DNA from: Bdellovibrionota bacterium
Lineage (GTDB): Bacteria; Bdellovibrionota_C; UBA2361; JBIIDM01
NCBI GenBank assembly: GCA_044238365.1
Contig: JBIIDM010000001.1
Span: 8,769-72,768, forward strand
Length of the DNA stretch: 64,000 nucleotides
Reading direction: 5' to 3'
The notes below the pieces were generated by a model. That model was not told the DNA's origin. It saw nothing but the letters and a program-made list of their open reading frames with translations, and did no database searches. Below are positions 19,161 through 28,610 of the stretch, piece by piece. The translations under genes and the position numbers were made by a program. Positions within the stretch are counted from its first letter, which is position 1, and each line of letters opens with the position of its first letter.

Positions 19161-19934
19161 TTAGCTGGCTCCGTGCTTAGTCTCGCCACCATTCGAGGAT
19201 GGAATTGCGTCATCATTTTCGATGGGTTTATCGTAGCTAACACACTCAAGAAACAGTTGCTCAAGAGTTCGATCTCTTGTTATTTCTGCGAGTTTTCCCT
19301 CCCGTACAATCGTTCCCCTATTAATAATAACAACCTTGCTGCAGACCATGGTAACTTCTGGAAGGATATGGGTACTCAACAATAAAGTCTTTTCTTTGCC
19401 CAGGTCCTTGATCAGGTTTCTAATATCTATGATTTGACGCGGATCTAACCCACTCGTAGGCTCATCCAGAATCACCACTTGAGGATCGTGAACTATTGCC
19501 TGTGCAAGGCCAACCCTCTGCCGATACCCCTTGGAAAGCTGACCACAAAGGCGCCGAAACACATCCTTGAGAAAACAACGCTCGGCTGCTTTCTCAACAC
19601 TTTCCTTTAAATTTTTGCTCGCTACTCCTTTAATCCGTGCTACAAAATACAGGTACTCCTCCACTGACATCTCCTCATACAAAGGGGGATTTTCCGGAAG
19701 ATACCCGATTACCCGCCTTACCTGGTCAGCTTCTTTTTTTATGTCAAATCCGGCTATTTTTGCCGTTCCAGATGAAGGCGGCAAAAAAGTAGACAACATT
19801 CGAATGGTAGACGTCTTTCCGGCACCGTTTGGACCGAGAAACCCGACTATCTCACCTCGTTCAGCAGTAAAACTAACTTGATTTACGGCCTTATATTCTC
19901 CGTATGCTTTAGAAAGTTTATGTACCTCGATCAT
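19161..19934 (-). CDS. ABC transporter ATP-binding protein (GldA-like).
   Basis: Walker A GPNGAGKTS, ABC signature LSKGYRQRV and Walker B ILDEPTSGLD are all present. Confidence 0.9.
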   Translation of the reverse strand: MIEVHKLSKAYGEYKAVNQVSFTAERGEIVGFLGPNGAGKTSTIRMLSTFLPPSSGTAKIAGFDIKKEADQVRRVIGYLPENPPLYEEMSVEEYLYFVARIKGVASKNLKESVEKAAERCFLKDVFRRLCGQLSKGYRQRVGLAQAIVHDPQVVILDEPTSGLDPRQIIDIRNLIKDLGKEKTLLLSTHILPEVTMVCSKVVIINRGTIVREGKLAEITRDRTLEQLFLECVSYDKPIENDDAIPSSNGGETKHGAS

Positions 19935-20635
19935 GATAATACCACCATAAAGTGAATTGTTTGTTCAGGTACCCTGCCAATTAATGACAAGATCCATGAC
20001 TGTTAGAGGGCAGAGTGCCGCAGGTCTTAACAAAACAGGAAGAGTCAAATGGGAGTCTCTGCAGCCATTTAAGCCTAAAAATTCCAAATTCGCCCGCACG
20101 GATCTCCTACTAAGCGGGGCCGCATCTTAGTAACGCTGACCCCCAATCCCGTTAGGGCTAGCCGACACACGAATAGTGAATCGAAGCAATGAGTATCGTC
20201 AAGTGGTTGTAAGGAAGTACCCTGCTGTAAGTTATACTGCGCTTCATTTAGCTTCAGGATTCGATGGGAGAATAGAGTTAAGCGGCTGAAAGCTTATTGT
20301 CTTGAACAAAGCATACGCGTACTCCGTTGCAACGGTAATGGTGGATTCTAGGACATCAATCAAGGTAAACATTTCAGTGCGTTATCCATATTTTACCACC
20401 ATATTAGATGAGCACCAGCAAATCCAGAACCCCCGTAAGAAAGACCCACAGGGAGGGAAGCACACGACCGCTCGATAACCCGGAAACTTCGTTGGTGAGT
20501 ACGATTTTTTGTAAGTACCTCCCCCAGAACTGACCAAACATTAGTTTACGCGAGCGGTATAACCCACCATATCATCATTAATAACTATTTGAAATTACCT
20601 AATTTATGGCATATCCCCCACCGTGAAACTGCCTT

Positions 20636-21067
20636 GTGAAGGTAATTGAATCATTTGAGTTAGACAAAGAGACCTTGGTATATAGAACAACGCAGCGTTT
20701 GCGTTTCACTTGGTTCGTAAACATTAAGAGAGGTTGGAACATGGGCAATTCACAGGTCAGAAATGAAAATTTCTTTGATAAGTTTGGTCTTGAAGTCACA
20801 ACAGGAGTAGTTGAACCAGGGAAAACGTACCCTATATATGGCATGATTACTAAGTTCTACAATGACACGCCGGGAGAAGTGGAAGTTGAGATTAATTTTA
20901 AGATACGAGCCAAAATGACTATTCCGGACGCCTCCAAAGTGGAAACACTAAAACAACGGTCATTTGAGCCCGGGATTTTCGTGGGAACAGTCGTAAGCAA
21001 TGTAGATGAACTTATCGTAGACTGCTCGACCGTTATATTTGGAAAAAAGGTCAATTACCAGGCCTAG
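20636..21067 (+). CDS. Hypothetical protein.
   Basis: 143-aa ORF. An alternative start MGNSQV lies at ~20741. No recognisable motifs. It follows a 700-bp non-coding stretch. Confidence 0.35.
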   Translation: MKVIESFELDKETLVYRTTQRLRFTWFVNIKRGWNMGNSQVRNENFFDKFGLEVTTGVVEPGKTYPIYGMITKFYNDTPGEVEVEINFKIRAKMTIPDASKVETLKQRSFEPGIFVGTVVSNVDELIVDCSTVIFGKKVNYQA

Positions 21068-21191
21068 TGCAAGGACTAGAAACTTACGGGCCTGTTCCAA
21101 TGGTCCCGTTAGGCTCTTTTTGCTTTTGATCTATGTAGTTATAATATATAGTGCGAGGGAGCTTTAACGAATCAATTTATGGACTCTCTCT

Positions 21192-21782
21192 GTGAAGGAC
21201 ACTCTACAAAACCTTCTGTTCGTTCTTTTATGTCTCTCCGGCGTATTATTCGTCCGAGGGAGTGTGGTTGAAGGATTCAGGATTCCTAGCCAGTCAATGA
21301 GCCCGACTTTGGAGGTAAACGATTATATTCTGGTCTGGAAGCTTGCTTATGGCTTCAATCCTCCTTTTTCCAATAAACCGATAATCAGATGGTACAATCC
21401 TGCCCGAGGTGTTCCCATTGTCTTCTTCCGAGAAGATGATCCCTCTACAAAAATCGACGAGTCTGCTCTTCATCTCATAAAGAGAGTCATAGGACTTCCG
21501 GGAGAGAAATTAGAAATTGTTGGAAAAAAGGTCTTTATCAATGACGCAGAGCTGCATGAACCTTACGCAGTCTGGAAAAGGAACGGAGCCGAATTTGAGC
21601 ATTTTGGTCCCGTCGTTATCCCCCCTACAGGCCTCTTTGTTATGGGTGATAACAGAGATGAATCTCAAGATTCGAGATTCTGGGGCGACCAGCCCTTCGT
21701 GTCAATTAACAAGGTCATAGGTAGAGCTTTCATGATCTACTATTCGAAGCAATACTCAAGATTTGGAAAGGTGGTTAGTTGA
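21192..21782 (+). CDS. lepB: Signal peptidase I.
   Basis: An N-terminal TM segment is present. The catalytic-Ser box SQSMSPTL and the GDNRDESQDSRFWG box are both found. Confidence 0.85.
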   Translation: MKDTLQNLLFVLLCLSGVLFVRGSVVEGFRIPSQSMSPTLEVNDYILVWKLAYGFNPPFSNKPIIRWYNPARGVPIVFFREDDPSTKIDESALHLIKRVIGLPGEKLEIVGKKVFINDAELHEPYAVWKRNGAEFEHFGPVVIPPTGLFVMGDNRDESQDSRFWGDQPFVSINKVIGRAFMIYYSKQYSRFGKVVS

Positions 21783-22690
21783 TGATAAACAATTCATTAC
21801 AAGGATATATTTGGCCGGAATCAACAGTGATGATAGTGAGTGGACACGATGCCGAGAGGTACCTCCACAATCGCCTGACCCAAAACATTCGCTCTATCCA
21901 GCCCAACGAAGCAAAATATTTTGCGGCCACTACTGCCCAATCGAAAATTCAAGGTATTGGCTCAATTCTTAAACTTGAAGATAACTCATACTTGCTTTTT
22001 TCTACGATAGGAAACCGAGACAGATTTGTCAAAGCGATCACCGAATTTAAGGTCGCCGACCGTGTTGTCTTTGAACCCCTTCCAAAGTCTAGAATTACAA
22101 CCATTGTCACCACGGATAAATTTTCAACCTCTCCGCTCCAAGGAATGGAGCCGCAAACGTTCACCGGCACAAATTCATCCTCCAGAGATGTCGCAAAATC
22201 GGCTGATGGAATATCTTTTAGCTTCTCCTCCCCGCTGGGCTTTGATCTTGTGGAACTAGCCCCGCCATTTCGTGAAATAGAAGAAATATCCTGGACTCAG
22301 TTTAATGGTATTCGCGTAAATGCACGGCTTCCGCTATTTACTATTGATTTTGACGAAAGTACCCTGATTATGGATACGGGCCTCAAAAATCATATTGGGT
22401 TCGGTAGTGGATGCTATGTTGGACAAGAAGTAATCGAGAAAATCGACGCTCGTGGCAAAGCGCCTCATCGATTTGATTTCTTTCGATGTGAGGACAGTGA
22501 TGACTTACTCACCCCCGGCGCTCCAGTCGAGGCCCAGAAAGAAGGAACATGGAAAATTTCGGGAAAGATCAGTTCATGCGCTGCATCTCCTAATAATGGA
22601 GCAGAGAAATGTCTGATCGCTTTTTTAAGAAACGAAGACTTTAGCGAATACAGAAGTAACGGCATAACGCTCACACCTAATAATCCGTAA
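21779..22690 (+). CDS. YgfZ/GcvT-like folate-binding protein.
   Basis: The N-terminal segment GHDAERYLHNRLTQNI resembles the YgfZ/aminomethyltransferase signature (GxDxxxFLQGQLTxDV). It overlaps lepB by 4 nt. Confidence 0.45.
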   Translation: MMINNSLQGYIWPESTVMIVSGHDAERYLHNRLTQNIRSIQPNEAKYFAATTAQSKIQGIGSILKLEDNSYLLFSTIGNRDRFVKAITEFKVADRVVFEPLPKSRITTIVTTDKFSTSPLQGMEPQTFTGTNSSSRDVAKSADGISFSFSSPLGFDLVELAPPFREIEEISWTQFNGIRVNARLPLFTIDFDESTLIMDTGLKNHIGFGSGCYVGQEVIEKIDARGKAPHRFDFFRCEDSDDLLTPGAPVEAQKEGTWKISGKISSCAASPNNGAEKCLIAFLRNEDFSEYRSNGITLTPNNP

Positions 22691-22814
22691 CTCTTTGTTA
22701 CTCAAAAGAAGACTTATAGATTCCTAGTAACTCTACTCAGGTGCCCTCAACATAAATGCGCCCCAAAAGCGAGCTAACCAGCTGTAACTGCCAGTGATTT
22801 TTCAAGGTCGGGGA

Positions 22815-22912
22815 AAGTGATTGTTTTGTGAATGAGGCGTGGTACTCCAGGTCGCAGTGAACAAAATCAATCACTGGACGAAGAGATTGGGAAAATACCT
22901 GAGCAGTTACCT
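22815..22912. repeat. Degenerate or chimeric repeat fragment (copy D) sharing modules with element C.
   Basis: gaggcgtggtactccaggtcgcagtga (22834-22860) matches 36276-36303 in about 25 of 28 positions. It also shares gacgaagagat and a cctgag..cagttaccttt end-like segment. A local 14-bp inverted repeat flanks the shared module. Confidence 0.6.
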
Positions 22913-23785
22913 TTAATCAAACTTTACGAAGGCAGGCGCGGCGACCTCACGAACCGAATCATCTCGGTCGGGACTGGTAATCTGTAATATCAGGACCACA
23001 AAAAGAAGATCTATCCAGAACACAACTGCCCTTAAAATCGATATCAACGAAACCTTATTGTTTATTATCCAAAAGGAATTAAAGAAAATAGGCTTTGTCC
23101 ATACGTCACTCAAATATGCATCAAACACAGAAAATAAAAAGGATGAAACAAATGATATCGAAATTAAAATAAGTCCTCCGTTAAAAAAATTAATTAGTTT
23201 ATTAGGAAGAAATATTCGCTTAATGTGCATCAATACAAACATGATTAAAGCAAGGTACGTGAAAATGAATAGTAGCTGGGTTGACAACATCACATTTTCA
23301 GTACGAATGTGCTCTACTGTACGTAACGTTAACATATAGTGAAGTCGATCAAAGGCTCGAAGTAAAACCCGTTGGAAATTTTCGCCGGTTTGGACTCCTT
23401 CTCCCATTATTAGTTTTTCCCAGCCTATGTCCATCAATAGCGAAAAAAGTACCACACAAACCATTCGCAAGGAAAAATCAAACCATGCACCGATACATTT
23501 GACCGAAGTTCTGGTTAACGATCCGGCGACCATGGCGGGAACCGACCATGTCAGCACCTGGCATAAAACTGATAAGAAAAGTATAACTCCAAATCCAATT
23601 GGATTTTTAACGTCAATTACGGCTACGTATGCGTTAAAAAACTGGGTTCCCTGAATCGATAATATATACGCGACAACAACAGAAAGGACCCCTACTGCGA
23701 AAAGCCGATTAAGCACCCTTACGAAATCTACTGGGGCCGACGCTGAAGAACTGGAAGTAGCAGTCTTATCTTTCACAGAAACCAT
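22913..23785 (-). CDS. Hypothetical polytopic membrane protein encoded in a locally AT-rich gene.
   Basis: 290 aa with at least 7 hydrophobic segments and F/I/L/N-rich, AT-biased codons unlike neighbouring genes. Repeat debris lies on both sides. Confidence 0.5.
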   Translation of the reverse strand: MVSVKDKTATSSSSASAPVDFVRVLNRLFAVGVLSVVVAYILSIQGTQFFNAYVAVIDVKNPIGFGVILFLSVLCQVLTWSVPAMVAGSLTRTSVKCIGAWFDFSLRMVCVVLFSLLMDIGWEKLIMGEGVQTGENFQRVLLRAFDRLHYMLTLRTVEHIRTENVMLSTQLLFIFTYLALIMFVLMHIKRIFLPNKLINFFNGGLILISISFVSSFLFSVFDAYLSDVWTKPIFFNSFWIINNKVSLISILRAVVFWIDLLFVVLILQITSPDRDDSVREVAAPAFVKFD

Positions 23786-23949
23786 CTTAAAAAAATTTAA
23801 AACACAACGTTCAAACCCAGACGATACGCAAAAAGGGCCTTAAGTGACTCTGATTACCTCCTCTCTTCTCATATTATAAGTTGCTCGACCTAGCATGCTA
23901 TGCCGCGCTAATCTCATTAACGCCTGGTGTCTAAAGTAATTCTATCCCG

Positions 23950-23976
23950 TTACCTTTGTTCTTATCCGAAACTCAG
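23950..23976. repeat. Solo terminal-repeat remnant of the mini-palindrome subfamily.
   Basis: ttacctttgttcttatccgaaactcag closely matches the right arm of the 6487-6569 element (ttaccttttttcttatccgaaacttagg). No partner arm is visible nearby. Confidence 0.55.
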
Positions 23977-24102
23977 CTTATTACGGTGCTACCCATTTAG
24001 AGGAAATTTTAAAACTGTTACAAAACACGACGCTTCTGAGGTATGATGCTATGCCGATACTAATCGTGGCATCCTAAATTAAAGAAAGAAAAGAAAAAAA
24101 CA

Positions 24103-24774
24103 ATGTCTCAGACTGAATCTCTAATTGAATTTCTAATTTCAAGCCAAGTTCTTAAGTTCGGAGAATTTACGACCAAATCGGGGCGCACAAGCCCCTATTT
24201 CCTAAACTTTGGCGCAATAAGTACCGGAACTCAAATCAAGTTCCTCGGGACGTCTTACGCGGAGAAAATCGAATTATCTTTTCTCAGTCAAGCTAATGTA
24301 GTGTTTGGCCCCTCGTACAAGGGTATTCCTCTGGCAGTCGCTATTGCCAGTCACCTTGATTCTCCACAACGAACGACGTTCTTTTGCTTTAATCGAAAAG
24401 AAGCTAAGGCTCATGGCGAGGGAGGAACCTTAGTTGGACGTCAGTTACAACCTGGAGACAAGGTGGTAATAGTTGAAGATGTTGTTACCGCTGGAACAAC
24501 CGTTCACGAAGTTGTCCCTCTGATTCGCCAGATCCCCGGTGTCGAGATTCTGGGTATGGTCATTGCTGTAGATAGGGAAGAGAAGATTACGGAAAGCGAT
24601 GATTCAACGGCCTGCGAAGTATTAGGGAGACAGTATGACTTACCTATACTTTCGTTATTGAAAATTCGGGACATACTCAAATATCTATCAGCTCCCAACA
24701 AAAGTGGTGTGGCTCTGAGTGATCAGGAAATTAAAGCTGCAACCCTCTACCTAAATCAGTACGGATGTAAATGA
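24103..24774 (+). CDS. pyrE: Orotate phosphoribosyltransferase.
   Basis: FGEFTTKSGRTSPYFLNFG and the PRPP-binding motif KVVIVEDVVTAGTT are both present. Confidence 0.85.
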   Translation: MSQTESLIEFLISSQVLKFGEFTTKSGRTSPYFLNFGAISTGTQIKFLGTSYAEKIELSFLSQANVVFGPSYKGIPLAVAIASHLDSPQRTTFFCFNRKEAKAHGEGGTLVGRQLQPGDKVVIVEDVVTAGTTVHEVVPLIRQIPGVEILGMVIAVDREEKITESDDSTACEVLGRQYDLPILSLLKIRDILKYLSAPNKSGVALSDQEIKAATLYLNQYGCK

Positions 24775-25166
24775 GACTTTTGGCAATTATTTTAACGCTG
24801 CTTTCTATAGCTACAATAGTTCCACCTGCTGCCTTATCTGCCGACAACAACCAGATTGCCGAAAGCGTGTATAGCGAAATTAATAGCCCGTTTTGTAAAG
24901 GGAAGTTACTTCGCGACTGCCCCAGCTCTGGTGCATCTGGATTAAAGCAGGAAGTTGTTGATTTGGCGGCACAGGGTAAAACCAAAGAAGAAATCATCAG
25001 TGCGCTTTATGCCCGCTATGGGGATGAAATCAGAGCTGTCCCAAGTTCTTCATTTATTGGAAAGTTGGCTTGGCTTGTCCCATTTTTGTTCATGGCAATA
25101 GTTTTGATTATTATGGGATTCTGGGTGAAGGCGAATATTTCGCGGAACAGGGAGAAGATTGGATGA
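24771..25166 (+). CDS. ccmH: Cytochrome c-type biogenesis protein CcmH-like.
   Basis: Signal peptide, a Cys-containing segment SPFCKGKLLRDC and QEVVDLAAQGKTKEEIISALYARYGDEIRAVP are present. The last aligns with E. coli CcmH QEVYRMMQEGKSDEEIVDFMVARYGDF. A C-terminal TM segment follows. It overlaps pyrE by 4 nt. Confidence 0.6.
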   Translation: MRLLAIILTLLSIATIVPPAALSADNNQIAESVYSEINSPFCKGKLLRDCPSSGASGLKQEVVDLAAQGKTKEEIISALYARYGDEIRAVPSSSFIGKLAWLVPFLFMAIVLIIMGFWVKANISRNREKIG

Positions 25167-25364
25167 TTTTCCCATATTAGATTGGTTTGATTCCTGTGAC
25201 TGTTGCTTTGTTCGTAAGGGGCTCCGTGGAGTGAAAAGAAACCAAGGACCAGTTCTTTAACTTTGATGACTGCTTCTTCCCTGAAGAAATCATACCGTTC
25301 CAGTAAGGTTATTAATCAGACCCAGATCATTTCTACGCCCCTTGCCTATCTTTGTTTCGACCAG

Positions 25365-25395
25365 TATAGTTGGTCAAAAATCAACTTTTTGACCA
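25365..25395. promoter_or_regulatory. Palindromic candidate operator (TTGGTCAAAAA-N5-TTTTTGACCAA) immediately upstream of the AAA ATPase start.
   Basis: A perfect 11-bp inverted repeat ends 3 nt before the ATG at 25399. Confidence 0.4.
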
Positions 25396-25398
25396 ACT

Positions 25399-26577
25399 AT
25401 GTTAGCTAGATTAATAACCAGTCGTATAAATTCAACATTTTCTAGTATTCTCCTTACAGGGCCTCGACAGGTAGGAAAATCTACGCTCCTTAGATCATTA
25501 AAACCAGATCTAGAGGTAAATCTCGCGGATCAGGGAGTTTTTATTCGACATTCCAAAGATCCCGAACTCATTCGAAAGTTAGTACTAGCTCTACCAAAAG
25601 GCTCGACCATATTACTTGACGAGGCTCAACGACTACCAGAAATTCTCAATACAATACAAGTATTAATCGATTCTGAAGGGTATCGATTTCTTGTAACCGG
25701 CTCTAGTGCAAAGAAATTGCACAGAGGCAAAGCAAATTTACTACCAGGTCGACTAATCAGTGAATATCTAGACCCACTCTCATATCTTGAGGTCGGAAAA
25801 GACAACTTTGACCTCGCCAGAGCACTGCGCTTTGGAATGCTTCCAGGCATATTTTTGAATAAAGATGAGGGGGGGAGGATCTTAGATAGTTATGTTGACT
25901 TATATCTTCGTGAAGAGATTCAAGCCGAGGGATTAGTCCGATCTTTAGGGAGTTATGCCAGATTCTTGGAACTTGTAGCTATAACAAGTGGGCAGTGGCT
26001 AAACTATTCGAAAATTAGTTCAGATAGTGAAATTCCAAAAGAGACTATTCGGAATTTTACGAGCGTTCTTGAGGAAACGTTATTGCTGTTTAGGATCAGC
26101 TCGTTTCAAATCAGCAAAAAATTTACTCAAAAGTCCCAAACTCGTAAGGTCCAACAAAAGGAAAAAGTTTTATTGTTTGATGTTGGGGTAAGAAACTCCC
26201 TGTTACGAATTGGAGGCAACGAAGTGCCTCTCCATGACGTTGGATCAGTATTTGAGCAGTGGATGATTCTACAAATCATCTATCTAAATCGAGCTCTTAA
26301 TAAGAAATGGAAAGTTTCATCCTTCCTTGATAGTAATGGCTTGGAAGTCGACTGTGTCATTGAAACCGAAAATGAGCTACTTGGTATAGAAATTAAGTCT
26401 GGTACGAAATATAGATCAGACTGGATAGTGGGGCTGAATTGCTTTGTTGAATATGTTGGTACAGTAAAGCCCGTAAAGAAGTTTATAGCCTATACCGGTG
26501 ATGATGTTCAGAAACTTGATGATCAGACTATGGTTTATCCGTATTCTTTGTTGCTTGAAGTGCTTTTTCAATATTGA
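25399..26577 (+). CDS. AAA-family ATPase (AAA_14 + DUF4143 architecture).
   Basis: Walker A LLTGPRQVGKSTLL and Walker B-like ILLDEAQRLPE are present. The C-terminal region is typical of DUF4143 proteins. Confidence 0.7.
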   Translation: MLARLITSRINSTFSSILLTGPRQVGKSTLLRSLKPDLEVNLADQGVFIRHSKDPELIRKLVLALPKGSTILLDEAQRLPEILNTIQVLIDSEGYRFLVTGSSAKKLHRGKANLLPGRLISEYLDPLSYLEVGKDNFDLARALRFGMLPGIFLNKDEGGRILDSYVDLYLREEIQAEGLVRSLGSYARFLELVAITSGQWLNYSKISSDSEIPKETIRNFTSVLEETLLLFRISSFQISKKFTQKSQTRKVQQKEKVLLFDVGVRNSLLRIGGNEVPLHDVGSVFEQWMILQIIYLNRALNKKWKVSSFLDSNGLEVDCVIETENELLGIEIKSGTKYRSDWIVGLNCFVEYVGTVKPVKKFIAYTGDDVQKLDDQTMVYPYSLLLEVLFQY

Positions 26578-26643
26578 TGGGCACTATGGAGAATTTGCTT
26601 TGTTTCCTCATCAAGTTTCGAACAATCCATATAGCGCTTCCCC

Positions 26644-27594
26644 CTACCAAGCTGTCAACAACAACACACTCAATATTCCCGGAAGATAAATCACCGATGC
26701 ACGAAGCAGCCGATACGCATTCTTGGTGTTCTTCGCCCGAAGAAAATCCACCGAAGCCTTCAAGTAAACATAAAATAAGGCCACCGCTGCCGGTGCATAA
26801 ACAACCGAACATCGCGCATAAAAAAGCGGAAGCAACGATACGCCAAGCAAAAGGACCAGAAAGAAAGCAATTTGAAAAAACATTTTGCGCCCCGTCTCAT
26901 CAACGGAAGGAAGCATGACAAACCCGCCCCGTTCATAATCTTCTTTATAAATCCAGGCAATGGAGTAAAAATGTGGGTGCTGCCAACAAAAAAGCAAAAG
27001 AAAGAGAACGACACCACCCAGATCAATCTGCCCCGATCCGGCGACCCATCCTCCCAATGGCGGTAACGCGCCTGGAATAGCTCCCACTACGGTATTCCAC
27101 CAGGAAATCTTCTTCATGGGTGTATAAATCCCCAAATACAAAACTGCTGTTACGGTCGAAATCAGGCCGCAAAGCGGATTTATAAGTATCCATAACATCA
27201 CACACCCGCTGATCGTTAACAACAAACCGAAAACCAAAGCAATCATCGGCTCAAGAGTTCGAGAAGGTAACGGTCTCTTCTGAGTTCTCCGCATCAAACG
27301 ATCTTCGTCCTGTTCAAGATACTGATTCAAAACGCCGACTCCGGCACAACTAGCACTCGACCAGAGTAACAATTCGGCCAGGCGCAGCAGATCTAGCTCA
27401 CCACGGGATCCCAGCAAATACCCGATTAGTGTAGTAATCTGTACCATCACCACTATTCTTGGTTTGGTAAGAGAAAGATATTGGCGGGCTATTTGTCCGG
27501 GAGCCAACTCGGTTCGTGCCAAATCACGTTCAGCCAATTCATTGGATAAAGTTAGATCCAGACTCATAATCTTCTTCCTAGTAACAGCAAACAC
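26644..27594 (-). CDS. ctaB: Protoheme IX farnesyltransferase (heme O synthase).
   Basis: A UbiA-family polytopic membrane protein with the LTKPRIVVMV... motif region. It overlaps gpsA by 1 nt. The start is possibly the internal Met at ~27567. Confidence 0.8.
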   Translation of the reverse strand: MFAVTRKKIMSLDLTLSNELAERDLARTELAPGQIARQYLSLTKPRIVVMVQITTLIGYLLGSRGELDLLRLAELLLWSSASCAGVGVLNQYLEQDEDRLMRRTQKRPLPSRTLEPMIALVFGLLLTISGCVMLWILINPLCGLISTVTAVLYLGIYTPMKKISWWNTVVGAIPGALPPLGGWVAGSGQIDLGGVVLFLLLFCWQHPHFYSIAWIYKEDYERGGFVMLPSVDETGRKMFFQIAFFLVLLLGVSLLPLFYARCSVVYAPAAVALFYVYLKASVDFLRAKNTKNAYRLLRASVIYLPGILSVLLLTAW

Positions 27595-28607
27595 TACTCG
27601 TTCTTTAAAGGACGAGCGAGTAACAACTCAAGCCCATTGAGAGGAGATATGTTCCCCTTCAATACATCCGACAAGCTAAATGATAGTGGCATATCAACCC
27701 CCCTATCCCTAGCTAAATCTATTACGAATGGCAATGACTGTACCCCCTCTACGGTCCCAATACAAACCCGTTGGGCCTCCACCACCCCCAGAGAGCCAAC
27801 CATAAGTCCAAACTGACGGTTACGGCTCAGATCAGAAGCAGCCGTCATTACCAAATCCCCTAACCCCGAGAGACCATACAAAGTTTCGCGTAAAGCACCA
27901 AATGATATTGAAAACCTCACCATTTCAGCCAGCCCACGGGTAATAATTGCAGCCTTCGCTGAATCACCCCAGCCACACCCATCGGAGATGCCAGCTATTA
28001 TCGCAATAATGTTCTTTAAGATCCCTCCCCATTCAACCCCAACTACGTCTGTAGAGGTATAAATTCGCATCTTCCGGCGGGAAAAAAGGTTGGCAACAGC
28101 CGTAGCAACATCAATATCACAGGAGGCTGAGACAATACTTACAGGCTTTGCACTAACGACATCCGATGCAAAAGATGGGCCTGACAGCACGGCTATTTTG
28201 GCGTTGGGAAAAACTCTTGCCAAAAGTACCGAAGGTGTATCGCGAGTACCACCAATCCCCTTAACACAACTGACTACAATACCAGCAAAACGTTCCGTAA
28301 AACCTGAGCCTGCAAATGAACCACTCTCAAATGCGGAGACCAAATGCTTTGACGGTATGCATACCAACAGCACAGGAACGTCATACAGTTGTTCGAGCGA
28401 AGTCGTAAAGTCCCAGAGATCATTGAATTTATGCCCCGGGTGGCATAATGACCTACGATCCCCAAGAAGACCCGGGACCAACTCAGGATCCCGCACAATA
28501 CCGGTAACTTGAATCCCCCCTTCGCTCAGGTGAATCCCTAACGCCGAACCCCATGCGCCTAAACCGAGGATTCCTACATTTTGAGCTACACCATCACCCA
28601 GGTTCAT
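27594..28607 (-). CDS. gpsA: NAD(P)H-dependent glycerol-3-phosphate dehydrogenase.
   Basis: The N-terminal NAD-binding segment ILGLGAWGSALGIHL is present. It overlaps the gyrA stop by 4 nt, suggesting a gyrA-gpsA-ctaB operon. Confidence 0.85.
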   Translation of the reverse strand: MNLGDGVAQNVGILGLGAWGSALGIHLSEGGIQVTGIVRDPELVPGLLGDRRSLCHPGHKFNDLWDFTTSLEQLYDVPVLLVCIPSKHLVSAFESGSFAGSGFTERFAGIVVSCVKGIGGTRDTPSVLLARVFPNAKIAVLSGPSFASDVVSAKPVSIVSASCDIDVATAVANLFSRRKMRIYTSTDVVGVEWGGILKNIIAIIAGISDGCGWGDSAKAAIITRGLAEMVRFSISFGALRETLYGLSGLGDLVMTAASDLSRNRQFGLMVGSLGVVEAQRVCIGTVEGVQSLPFVIDLARDRGVDMPLSFSLSDVLKGNISPLNGLELLLARPLKNE

Positions 28608-28610
28608 TCC

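Noticed and set aside
19935-20635. Possible tmRNA / RNase P RNA / SRP RNA in the 700-bp gap.
   Set aside because: The hallmark blocks are absent. These are GGAAAGTCCGGGC for RNase P, the tRNA-like GGTTCGA..CCACCA end of tmRNA, and GGAAGCAGC of SRP domain IV. The nearest match, gggagggaagcacac, is too weak. Left as an unassigned region.
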